From assembly GCA_016779585.1 (NCBI GenBank), contig JADHNI010000002.1:24441-88440 (forward strand): DNA of 64,000 nucleotides. The letters run 5' to 3'. This stretch comes from Pseudomonadales bacterium. Its GTDB lineage: Bacteria; Pseudomonadota; Gammaproteobacteria; Pseudomonadales; Azotimanducaceae. A program made the position numbers and the translations under genes. Shown one piece after another: positions 17,296-25,765 of this stretch (position 1 is its first letter; each line of letters opens with the position of its first letter). The notes below the pieces were generated by a model that saw only the letters and a list, made by a program, of their open reading frames with translations, was not told the DNA's origin and did no database searches.

Positions 17296-18480
17296 ATGCG
17301 CCTGCAGTTACTGAATGAGGACATTACCTTCAGGGAAGAATTGCGAGCATTTCTCGCCGATAACCTGGATCCGGACGTCGCTGAAAAGGTCCGGTTTGGC
17401 TACCCGATCTCCAGGGAAGAACAGGATGCCTGGACTCGCAAGCTGAATGCCAAAGGCTGGGCTGCACCTAACTGGCCGGTAGAGGTAGGCGGCCCTGGCT
17501 GGTCCATGGTCCGGCGCCACATCTTTGACATAGAAATGAAGCTGCACCATGCACCCGAGCTCCAGGGTTTCGGTTTTTCCATGGTGGGACCAGCAATTAT
17601 CAAGTACGGCACCGAGGATCAGAAATCCTACTACCTGCCGAAAATCCTGAATGCCGATATATCTTGGTGCCAGGGATACTCCGAACCTGGTGCGGGCTCG
17701 GACCTCGCAAGTGTCAGTACCAGGGCGGTTGTTGATGGCGATGACTATGTGGTCACCGGTTCCAAGATCTGGACGTCTGCTGCAGAGCGGGCCGACCACA
17801 TTTTCATGCTGGTCAGGACAGACCCTGATGCAAAACCACAACTCGGTATCTCTTTCCTGCTGGCGGATATGCGAGACCCTGCTGTACGCGTTGAGCCGCT
17901 GATGGCCTTCAACGGCAAGCGACTCTGGAACCAGGTGTTTTTCGATTAGCTTCGGGTTCCCCGGGTAAACCGCCTGGGTGAGGAAAACCAGGGCTGGACG
18001 GTCGCCAAGAATCTTCTTGGCAATGAGCGTCTCCTGGTATCCCGTGTGGCGGAGAATCGTCGGATTCTTTCCAATGTTCGCGCAGCGCTTGAAGAGGAAA
18101 GTCTCGCCGTTGATTCTGCTTTGGCTGCTCTCATTATTCGCCTCGAGGCACTTGACGCTACTGCGCTGCGGCTGCTTTCAAAGTTTGACCAGGGCCATGA
18201 GGTCGGCGCAGAACCCTCGATGCTGAAATTGAAGGGCAGTCAGTTGGTGCAGGATATGGATCGTATGCTTTACGAGGTATCTGCCTATTATGCCTTACCG
18301 CTGGATTCCACCATGAGAGAAGGTGAGGCTGCTGGTCCTGCTGGTCCTGCTGGTCCTGCTGGTCCTGCTTACGCAGACATGGTCGCAAGCGGCATGTTCC
18401 ATCATCGCGGTTACACCATTGCGGGTGGCACCAGCGAGATCCAGCACAATATCATTGCCCGGCAGGTGCTGGGGCTCTAG
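17296..18480 (+). pseudogene. Acyl-CoA dehydrogenase interrupted by one in-frame TAG (17947-17949)
   Basis: ORFs 17200-17949 and 18046-18480 share a frame. Reading through the TAG gives ...NQVFFD*LRVPRVNRLGEENQGWTVAKNLLGNERLL..., a continuous conserved ACAD middle/C-terminal junction. The N-terminal part carries YSEPGAGSDLAS and the C-terminal part GGTSEIQHNIIARQVLGL. Confidence 0.8.
18331..18366 (+). repeat. Perfect 9-bp tandem repeat (GCTGGTCCT)x4 encoding (Ala-Gly-Pro)4
   Basis: Read directly from the sequence. It is in frame within the C-terminal part of the interrupted ACAD. Confidence 0.95.
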
Positions 18481-18492
18481 CAGGGGCATCAG

Positions 18493-21400
18493 ATGCTTCA
18501 GTCACTTGTACCTGTGTTCGTCCTCTCGATCCTGGTTATCCCGTTACCTATTGCGGTTTACCTGACCGCGATCCTGCTCAGGCGCGATGTGCGTATAGGA
18601 ACGCCCATCGCGATGATTGTGATCGCCGGCGCCACCTGGTCGGCGGGTTATGCCATGGAACTTCTGTTCGATACACCGGAACAGATCCGTTGGGCCACAG
18701 CCTTTCAGTACATTGGCCTTGCCTATGGACCCGTTGGGTGGTTTCTGTTGGGTGTACGCCTTAGAAGATACGTCTTCCCGCTTCTGTCCTGGCGTGGTCT
18801 GGCGATATTTGTCGTACCCACGATTACCTACCTCTGTGTTCTTACATCTGAGCACCACACGCTTAACTACCGGAGCAAGGAGCTGGTCGAGGTGTGGGGT
18901 TTCCTCGTTTACCAGAATGAATACGGACCGTTATTCTGGCTGCACATCGCGTATTCATATTCCATGAACATCATTGGGGTTTTCCTGATCACGGTATCCA
19001 TCATGGAAAGCCAGAATTTCTACCTGAGCCAGCGGATAGCATTGCTGGTCTCACTGATCCTGCCGTGGATTGCAAACATCATGCATATCTTCAAGCTTGA
19101 CGGGATACCGATTGATTACTCGCCCCTGACCTTGTTCGTGAGCGGAATTGCGCTCTATATCGCGGTCATGAAGTTCAAACTGGGTGAGCTGATGCCGGTG
19201 GCGCGGAGCAAGCTGATCGCGGAAATGGGTGATGCGCTAATGGTGTTCGACAGCGAAGATCGAATGATTGATCTAAATGAAGCAGCGACGAAACTGTTTC
19301 ACCCGAACAAGCTCTCGGTGGGTATGGCGGCAGCCGAGGTGTTCGCCGATCATCCAAGGTTAATGCGCTACCTTGATGAACCTGATTCTTCGCAGGCCTC
19401 AAGCCTCGTATATACAGGTTTTCATGATCGAATCTACAGGTTCACCCAGGAGGCGCTGGAAGCAAGTGCTTCCAGAATGGTGACGTTGCGGGATGTCTCT
19501 TCCGAGAGCCGCACCCTGGACGCTCTCCAGGTGGTGCTGGCAGGTGTGGGTCAGGACACGGGTGAAGCATTCTGTCGCTCAGTCTCACGAGCCCTGGCAA
19601 TGTCTCTGCCTGTGCGAACCTGTCTGGTGGGCTCAATCAGTCCGGATGAGCCTGACATTGTAAAGACGCTGGCATTCTGGGACCGCGATGACTATGTCGA
19701 CAATGTGAACTACTCCCTGCATGGCGCCCCCTGTGAAAACGTGGTTAACGCTTCAACCTGCTGCTACCCGAACAACGTCAAGAACCTTTTTCCAGAGGAT
19801 GTCGCCCTTATGAACAAGGGCATCGAGGCTTACGTCGGTACACCCCTGTTCAGCCACGATGGTCATCCTATCGGGTTGCTGGCGATAATGGATGACAAAC
19901 CACTTGGGAATGAAGAGCTTGCCACTTCACTGGTTGAAATCTTCGGCCAGAGGACTGCGGTGGAACTTGAACGCAGTATCTATGAAGAGCGAATTGCCAG
20001 TAGCGAGGCGAACTACCGTCAGATAGTGGAGACGACAAAAGATGGTGTCTGCGTCGCAGACCTGGATGGCAATATAAGGTTCGTTAATGATCCCATGGCT
20101 GCCATGCTCGGTGTCGAGAGGAGCCAGGCCGCCGGGCAGGCTCTGGGTTCACTCCTGAGTTTTGACCTGCTGGATGCGGAAGAACTGAAAGTTGCCGGTG
20201 AAGAAACCCGGGAGCTCTGGTTCAGTAATCAGAGCGGGACGAGATTCTGTGTGTCACTTTCCAAGACCGTCATTCAGACACCGGAAGGCAAGCCGCATGA
20301 ACTCCTATTTGTTTTCGTGGACCTCACCGAGATCAAGATGGTGGCGTCCATCAACGAGGAGATAGAGCGCCAGATGCAGCAGACACAGAAGGTCGAGTCG
20401 CTCGGCGTTCTCGCAGGAGGTGTTGCCCATGACTTCAATAATCTGTTGACGCCTATCCTTGGTTACGTCGACCTCGCGAAGCCGCATCTGCGGGGCCAGG
20501 AAGCAGAGGAATACCTGGATAAAATCGAGGAAGCCGGTGAGAAGCTGGCGGATTTGTGCAGCCAGATGCTGACCTACTCGGGTAAAGGGCAGTTCCTCAA
20601 GGAACCATTGGACCTTAATGTTCAACTATCGGGTTTCAGGGAGCTGGCACGGGCGACAGTCCCTCGCACCACGGCGCTGTATTTTCACCTCGACGGCCAC
20701 CTGCCCCCGGTGCTCGCAGATGGCACCCAGATAAACCAGGTGGTATTGAATCTCCTGATTAACGCCAGTGAAGCAATGACCGATTCCCGCGGTGCTGTAC
20801 AGATCACCACGGGCACCGAGTTGCTCGTTGCCGATGACCCGGCGATTCGTTTCTGTGACCAGGCAAGGAGCGGGGAGTATGTTTACGTAGATGTTGAAGA
20901 TAATGGCGTTGGAATATCACCAGAAAACCTGCAGAAGATGTTCGAGCCATTTTTCACGACGAAATTCGAAGGCCGTGGTCTGGGAATGGCAGTGGTGTAC
21001 GGTATACTCAAAGCTCACCAGGGTGCGATCAGGATCGTATCCGAGCAGGGTAAGGAGACGAGTATTCGCGTCTACTTCCCGATCGAGGAGGAAATCACCA
21101 TCTCAGCAGCGGAAAAGGAGACCACGGAACAGGTCCAGGGTTCAGCAGCTTTGAATCGCGGAAAGGTGCTCGTTGTTGATGATGAGGATTATGTCCGCGG
21201 CATCCTGCGAGGCATGCTTGAGCACATGGGTTTTGAGGCGATAGAAGCTGAAGACGGTGACAAGGGTCTTGCAGCGTTTAGTGCAGGAAGTGGCCAGTTC
21301 ACTGCCTGCGTCGTGGATCTCACCATGCCTGGAATGGCCGGGATGGAACTCCTGGACCACATAAGGAAACTGGACGACAAGGTGCCGGTGCTGCTGGTCA

Positions 21401-21519
21401 GTGGCTACTCAAGGCACGAGGTTTGTCAGCAGGAAGCCAAATCCACGAACGTCAGCTTCCTGCAAAAACCCTTCACCATGGACCAGTTCAAGAAAGCCAT
21501 GGAAGCCAAGCTGGGCTAA
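18493..21519 (+). CDS. Hybrid sensor histidine kinase (N-terminal 7TM sensor, PAS/GAF modules, HisKA, HATPase, receiver)
   Basis: 1008 aa. About seven N-terminal TM helices. H-box GVLAGGVAHDFNNLLTPILGY, ATPase motifs (NLLINASEAM, DNGVGI, GRGLGMAVVYG) and a receiver (VLVVDDEDYV...DLTMPGMAGMEL...VSGY...KPF). Confidence 0.9.
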   Translation: MLQSLVPVFVLSILVIPLPIAVYLTAILLRRDVRIGTPIAMIVIAGATWSAGYAMELLFDTPEQIRWATAFQYIGLAYGPVGWFLLGVRLRRYVFPLLSWRGLAIFVVPTITYLCVLTSEHHTLNYRSKELVEVWGFLVYQNEYGPLFWLHIAYSYSMNIIGVFLITVSIMESQNFYLSQRIALLVSLILPWIANIMHIFKLDGIPIDYSPLTLFVSGIALYIAVMKFKLGELMPVARSKLIAEMGDALMVFDSEDRMIDLNEAATKLFHPNKLSVGMAAAEVFADHPRLMRYLDEPDSSQASSLVYTGFHDRIYRFTQEALEASASRMVTLRDVSSESRTLDALQVVLAGVGQDTGEAFCRSVSRALAMSLPVRTCLVGSISPDEPDIVKTLAFWDRDDYVDNVNYSLHGAPCENVVNASTCCYPNNVKNLFPEDVALMNKGIEAYVGTPLFSHDGHPIGLLAIMDDKPLGNEELATSLVEIFGQRTAVELERSIYEERIASSEANYRQIVETTKDGVCVADLDGNIRFVNDPMAAMLGVERSQAAGQALGSLLSFDLLDAEELKVAGEETRELWFSNQSGTRFCVSLSKTVIQTPEGKPHELLFVFVDLTEIKMVASINEEIERQMQQTQKVESLGVLAGGVAHDFNNLLTPILGYVDLAKPHLRGQEAEEYLDKIEEAGEKLADLCSQMLTYSGKGQFLKEPLDLNVQLSGFRELARATVPRTTALYFHLDGHLPPVLADGTQINQVVLNLLINASEAMTDSRGAVQITTGTELLVADDPAIRFCDQARSGEYVYVDVEDNGVGISPENLQKMFEPFFTTKFEGRGLGMAVVYGILKAHQGAIRIVSEQGKETSIRVYFPIEEEITISAAEKETTEQVQGSAALNRGKVLVVDDEDYVRGILRGMLEHMGFEAIEAEDGDKGLAAFSAGSGQFTACVVDLTMPGMAGMELLDHIRKLDDKVPVLLVSGYSRHEVCQQEAKSTNVSFLQKPFTMDQFKKAMEAKLG

Positions 21520-21521
21520 AT

Positions 21522-22925
21522 TTACCCGGCAGCATCCCGAATCAGCTCTGCAACGCAGGCCGTCAGCTTGCGTGCAGCAGGCAGGTGCAGAAACTCGTTC
21601 GGCCCATGGGCGTTCGACCTTGGACCTAGCACACCTGTCACCACAAAATGTGCGGTTGGTGTTCTGGCAGCAAGAAACTCCATGAACGGAATACTGCCAC
21701 CACAACCCATGGCGACAGAAGGCGCACCAAAGTAGGCACCGGATACCCGGTCGAGGCTTGCCTGCAGAGCAGGGGTGGTCCGCGGCGCATGCCAGCCAGC
21801 ATTGGGTGTATGCATATCGAGTGTTACATCTGCGCCATAGGGCGCATCTGCGACCAGCAATTCCTTTAAACCTTTTGCCGCGTTTATCGCATCCGTGGTG
21901 GGAGGGATTCGCAGGGCAAGACGAGCCGATGTTTCAGGGCGCATGACATTACCGGCTTCCTCCGGCCGCGGTGCGCCGCCGAGACCGGTCACCGCGAGGC
22001 TGGGCAGCCAGGTGTTGTTCAATACAAGTTCCGTTGGGTCATCAGAAACCGGGCCAGCATTTCCGGCAAACGGATACATGTCCGCGAAGGTTTTGCTCAG
22101 GATTTTTCCGGCTTCGATCGCCTCCTGCCGGCGATGCTCGGGGATCTGATCGTTCAGGAACGAAGGGTGGATATTGCCGGTCGTTTCATCCTCGAGTCGC
22201 GATACCAGGGAGCGGAGTATCCTGAAACTCGATGGCACGATGCCGCCTGCTGCGCCGGAGTGAACCCCTTCCTGAAGTATCCTGACGGAAAGATCGGCAA
22301 TGAGCATGCCCCGGAGTGAGGTGGTGAGCCAGAGTTGTTCATAGTTGCCGCAGGTGGAATCCAGTGCAATCACCAGTGACGGGTCGCCAATGGTGTCACC
22401 CAGGGCTTCCATGTAAAAAGGAAGGTCCGGGCTGCCGCTTTCTTCAGACGCTTCAATCAGGACGACAATTCGTGGGCGCGGCAGCTGCTGTTCCATCAGG
22501 GATTTGATCGCAACAATGGCCGAGTAGATGGCATAGCCGTCGTCAGCACCACCGCGACCATAGAGCTTTTCATCGCGGATCACGGGCTGCCAGGGGCCGA
22601 GGCCAGGCTCCCAGCCGTCGAACTCCGGTTGCTTGTCCAGGTGTCCGTAAACCAGGACTGTCCCGTCCATATCACCATCGAGTGTCAGCAGGATCGTGGG
22701 TGTCCGGCCGGGCAGTGTGTGCACCTGTGTATTAAGACCTGCCACATCCTGCGCATTGACCCAGTCAACCATATGATTCACGGCGTCGGTCATATAGCCG
22801 TGCTGTTCCCATTCCGGGTCAAACATGGGCGACTTGTTCGGGATGCTCACGTATTCGGTCAGGCTTGGCATGACCTGCTCGTTCCAGTAGTCGTTAACAA
22901 ATTGCTGGTTTTTATTCTGGTCCAC
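21522..22925 (-). CDS. M20-family metallopeptidase (dipeptidase-like)
   Basis: 467 aa with VYGHLDKQP, GRGGADDGY and EASEESGS, which are typical M20 metal and catalytic motifs. Confidence 0.85.
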   Translation of the reverse strand: MDQNKNQQFVNDYWNEQVMPSLTEYVSIPNKSPMFDPEWEQHGYMTDAVNHMVDWVNAQDVAGLNTQVHTLPGRTPTILLTLDGDMDGTVLVYGHLDKQPEFDGWEPGLGPWQPVIRDEKLYGRGGADDGYAIYSAIVAIKSLMEQQLPRPRIVVLIEASEESGSPDLPFYMEALGDTIGDPSLVIALDSTCGNYEQLWLTTSLRGMLIADLSVRILQEGVHSGAAGGIVPSSFRILRSLVSRLEDETTGNIHPSFLNDQIPEHRRQEAIEAGKILSKTFADMYPFAGNAGPVSDDPTELVLNNTWLPSLAVTGLGGAPRPEEAGNVMRPETSARLALRIPPTTDAINAAKGLKELLVADAPYGADVTLDMHTPNAGWHAPRTTPALQASLDRVSGAYFGAPSVAMGCGGSIPFMEFLAARTPTAHFVVTGVLGPRSNAHGPNEFLHLPAARKLTACVAELIRDAAG

Positions 22926-23460
22926 TTTTTTCTCTGTACTGGGGGCCGGGTTGCTGGGTCGTCACGGCCCGGTGATCGGGTTGTCGTGACTCTTCCTGTT
23001 CATATTCACCATCGATCGTATAACTCCCACCGGGACCTCTGCCCCGAAAATGGGTATGCATGCTGAACTGGCTGAACGTTGAAGTCCCGATAATATGTCT
23101 CGCGATCGGTCTTCGAAGCCCCGGCAGCAGGCAGATGAAGCCAATAACGTCAGTTGCGAATCCAGGCGTCAGCAGGAGAGCGCCACCGATCAGCAGCATG
23201 ATGCCCTCCAGGAGCTCGGTGTCGGGGATTTCGCCCCGGTTCAGTTTTTCCTGGACACGGTACAGCGTCGCTGTACCTTCCAGGCGCAGCAACCAGACCC
23301 CACAGACCGCCGTCAGGACCACGAGGCCAACGGTAGCCAGTGGGCCGATGATGCCTCCGACCTCAATCAGGATGACCATCTCAACCAGGGGAATCAGGAA
23401 AAATAGGAATGTCGCGAGTCGCACGGTGTCGACTCTATCGGAACCTGAATGTCCTGTCAT
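22912..23460 (-). CDS. fxsA: FxsA-family inner-membrane protein
   Basis: FLFFLIPLVEMVILIEVGGIIGPLATVGLVVLTAVCGVWLLRLEG and LLTPGFATDVIGFICLLPGLRR match FxsA. Confidence 0.85.
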   Translation of the reverse strand: MTGHSGSDRVDTVRLATFLFFLIPLVEMVILIEVGGIIGPLATVGLVVLTAVCGVWLLRLEGTATLYRVQEKLNRGEIPDTELLEGIMLLIGGALLLTPGFATDVIGFICLLPGLRRPIARHIIGTSTFSQFSMHTHFRGRGPGGSYTIDGEYEQEESRQPDHRAVTTQQPGPQYREKSGPE

Positions 23461-23502
23461 TAACGAAGGTCGGGCCGTCAGGGGTTGTGGTAGATTATCG
23501 TC

Positions 23503-24102
23503 ATGTTTTTAGATGGTCCCGTTGGTCAGCTGGAAGGGGAACTGGTTGCAGTACCCGGTTCAGAAGTGGCTGCTGTTCTCTGTCATCCTCATCCACAGAT
23601 GGGTGGTTCCATGCATGATGCAGTGCTGGGTGCGGTGCACGAGGCCCTCGCAGTTCAGGGTGTCACCACGCTTCGTTTTAACTATCGCGGAGTTGGCGCT
23701 TCTGACGGCAGCTATGACAATGGACAGGGCGAAACTGACGACACTCTCGCTGCCGTTCGGTGGTTGCGCGAAAACACGGATGCCAAGCGTATTCTGCTTG
23801 CCGGGTATTCTTTTGGTGGCGTGATGGCATTGCGTGCCGCTGGTGAGTCAGAGCCCGATGCTATGCTGCTGGTGGCGCCAGCAGTATCCATGGCGGGAGA
23901 CCTGGCAAATCCTGGAATGCCTGTGGTGGTAATACTGGCTGAGCAGGACCAGTTCGTGGATGTTGATGAGGCTCGGGGCTGGTTTGCTGAAGGTGCGGCG
24001 ATAGAAACCATCGCAACCGACCATTTCTTTTTCGGCGAGCAGGACTCGATAGGACAAAAAGTTGCCGGGCATGCAGGTTTGCTCCTGGGAACAGGTGGCT
24101 GA
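23503..24102 (+). CDS. Alpha/beta-hydrolase (COG2945-like)
   Basis: 199 aa with the nucleophile elbow GYSFGG and LCHPHPQMGGSMH, typical of this small hydrolase family. Confidence 0.75.
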   Translation: MFLDGPVGQLEGELVAVPGSEVAAVLCHPHPQMGGSMHDAVLGAVHEALAVQGVTTLRFNYRGVGASDGSYDNGQGETDDTLAAVRWLRENTDAKRILLAGYSFGGVMALRAAGESEPDAMLLVAPAVSMAGDLANPGMPVVVILAEQDQFVDVDEARGWFAEGAAIETIATDHFFFGEQDSIGQKVAGHAGLLLGTGG

Positions 24103-24923
24103 TGGAACTCAAGACAATTCTCTATGATGTGACGGATGGTATTGCGACGATCACGCTGAACCGGCCACACAGGATGAATGCCTGGACCGGGCGTATGCAT
24201 ACGGAATACCGCTACCAGTTGCAGCAGGCGGATGAAGACCCTGCGGTTCGCGCCATTATCGTTACCGGCAGCGGCAGGGGTTTCTGCGTGGGCGCAGATA
24301 CCAGGGCGCTTGAAGGGCATGTCGAGAAAGGCGGTTATGACGCGGGTACGCCGGAAAAACTGGCAGAGCCCGGCAAGGGTGTCAGCGAGAACTTCGATGC
24401 TTCTTTCGCCTATCACTTCGGGTTAGCGAAGCCGGTAGTTGCTGCGGTCAACGGTCCTGCAGCGGGAGTTGGCCTGGTGCTGGCCTGCTTTGCTGACATT
24501 CGATTTGGGGTGCCAGGTGTTAAATACACAACTGCACACGGCAAGCTCAATTTCCCGGCAGAGTATGGCCTTTCCTGGCTGTTGCCCCGGTTAATAGGAT
24601 TGCCTCGCGCCAACGACCTGCTTCTGACCAGTCGCATCTTCATGTCGGACGAAGCCTTTGAACTGGGATTGCTGAATCGCCTGGTAGCACCGGAAGAATT
24701 GATGCAGGCGACGCGCGCCTACGTTCAGGAAATGATTACAACGGTTTCTCCCGGCTCGCTCCGGGAAACCCGCTGGCAGGTCTACAAGGATCTACACAGG
24801 GATGTTGCAAGTTCAGTGCGGGAAAGTGAAGCGCTGATTGACAGCATGAGTCAACAGAAAGATTTTAGCGAAGGTGTTTCAGCATTTATGGAAAAACGTA
24901 AGCCAAACTGGAGCGGGGAGTAG
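24102..24923 (+). CDS. Enoyl-CoA hydratase/isomerase (crotonase) family protein
   Basis: 273 aa with [25 protein letters not shown] and [11 protein letters not shown]. Its ATG overlaps the upstream TGA by 1 nt. Confidence 0.88.
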   Translation: MELKTILYDVTDGIATITLNRPHRMNAWTGRMHTEYRYQLQQADEDPAVRAIIVTGSGRGFCVGADTRALEGHVEKGGYDAGTPEKLAEPGKGVSENFDASFAYHFGLAKPVVAAVNGPAAGVGLVLACFADIRFGVPGVKYTTAHGKLNFPAEYGLSWLLPRLIGLPRANDLLLTSRIFMSDEAFELGLLNRLVAPEELMQATRAYVQEMITTVSPGSLRETRWQVYKDLHRDVASSVRESEALIDSMSQQKDFSEGVSAFMEKRKPNWSGE

Positions 24924-24925
24924 TC

Positions 24926-25765
24926 GTGAGTACTGAAATTGCGACAGGGTATACCCTGCAGGAAGAGCCTTATTACCTGCCGCTCGCAGATGAGGTTGAG
25001 TTGTTTCAGGCAGCTTATGAACAGCGCCTGCCGGTGCTGCTTAAAGGTCCTACGGGTTGTGGTAAAACCCGTTTTGTCGAATATATGGCGCACAGGATTT
25101 ACCGGAACAGCGTCAGCGCCCCGGAGCAGCCGTTGCAGACGGTGGCCTGTCACGAGGATCTGTCTGCCACGGATCTGGTAGGGCGTTTCCTTTTGCAGGG
25201 AGATGAAACTGTCTGGCAGGACGGTCCACTGAGTCGAGCAGTCAAGGAAGGCTCGATCTGCTACCTTGACGAGATCGTTGAGGCGCGCAAGGATTCGACG
25301 GTACTCATTCATTCCCTCACTGACCATCGGAGAATCCTGCCCGTGGAGAAGTTGGGGCTCATCCTCGAGGCGCATCCTGACTTCCTGCTGGTGATCTCCT
25401 ACAACCCCGGTTACCAGAACGTCCTGAAGGATCTGAAAACCAGTACGCGACAGCGATTTATCTCGATCGATTTTGATTATCCGGGCCTGGAAGAAGAGAC
25501 GTCGATCATTGCTCACGAAAGTGGCGTTGTATCTGAGCAGGCTGAGCGACTTGCCCTGGTGGGCGAGAAAGTTCGAAACCTGCATGGTCATGGATTCGAT
25601 GAGGGTGTCAGCACAAGATTGCTGGTCTATGCCGGCCAGCTGATCAGCCAGGGCGTTGCACCAGACAGGGCCTGCGATGCTGCGATTATCAAAGCCGTGT
25701 CCGATGATGCAGAAGTGCAGAGGGCGGTGGCAGAACTGGTTGTGGCTATTTTCCCGCCAGCCTGA
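24926..25765 (+). CDS. CbbQ/NirQ/NorQ/GvpN-family AAA+ (MoxR-class) ATPase
   Basis: Walker [19 protein letters not shown], Walker [14 protein letters not shown], plus HRRILPVEK...[22 protein letters not shown]. The similarity to CbbQ/NorQ runs the full length. GTG start. Confidence 0.9.
   Translation: MSTEIATGYTLQEEPYYLPLADEVELFQAAYEQRLPVLLKGPTGCGKTRFVEYMAHRIYRNSVSAPEQPLQTVACHEDLSATDLVGRFLLQGDETVWQDGPLSRAVKEGSICYLDEIVEARKDSTVLIHSLTDHRRILPVEKLGLILEAHPDFLLVISYNPGYQNVLKDLKTSTRQRFISIDFDYPGLEEETSIIAHESGVVSEQAERLALVGEKVRNLHGHGFDEGVSTRLLVYAGQLISQGVAPDRACDAAIIKAVSDDAEVQRAVAELVVAIFPPA

Noticed and set aside
17947-17949. TAG reassignment, meaning genome-wide amber read-through or pyrrolysine, as the explanation for the in-frame TAGs at 17947 and 11597.
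   Set aside because: At least ten well-supported genes in the window terminate at TAG at positions consistent with full-length proteins (aceK 4126, GGDEF 7098, 12775, 18478, 31288, 39364, 47785, 61465, 63810...). TAG therefore functions as a normal stop here.
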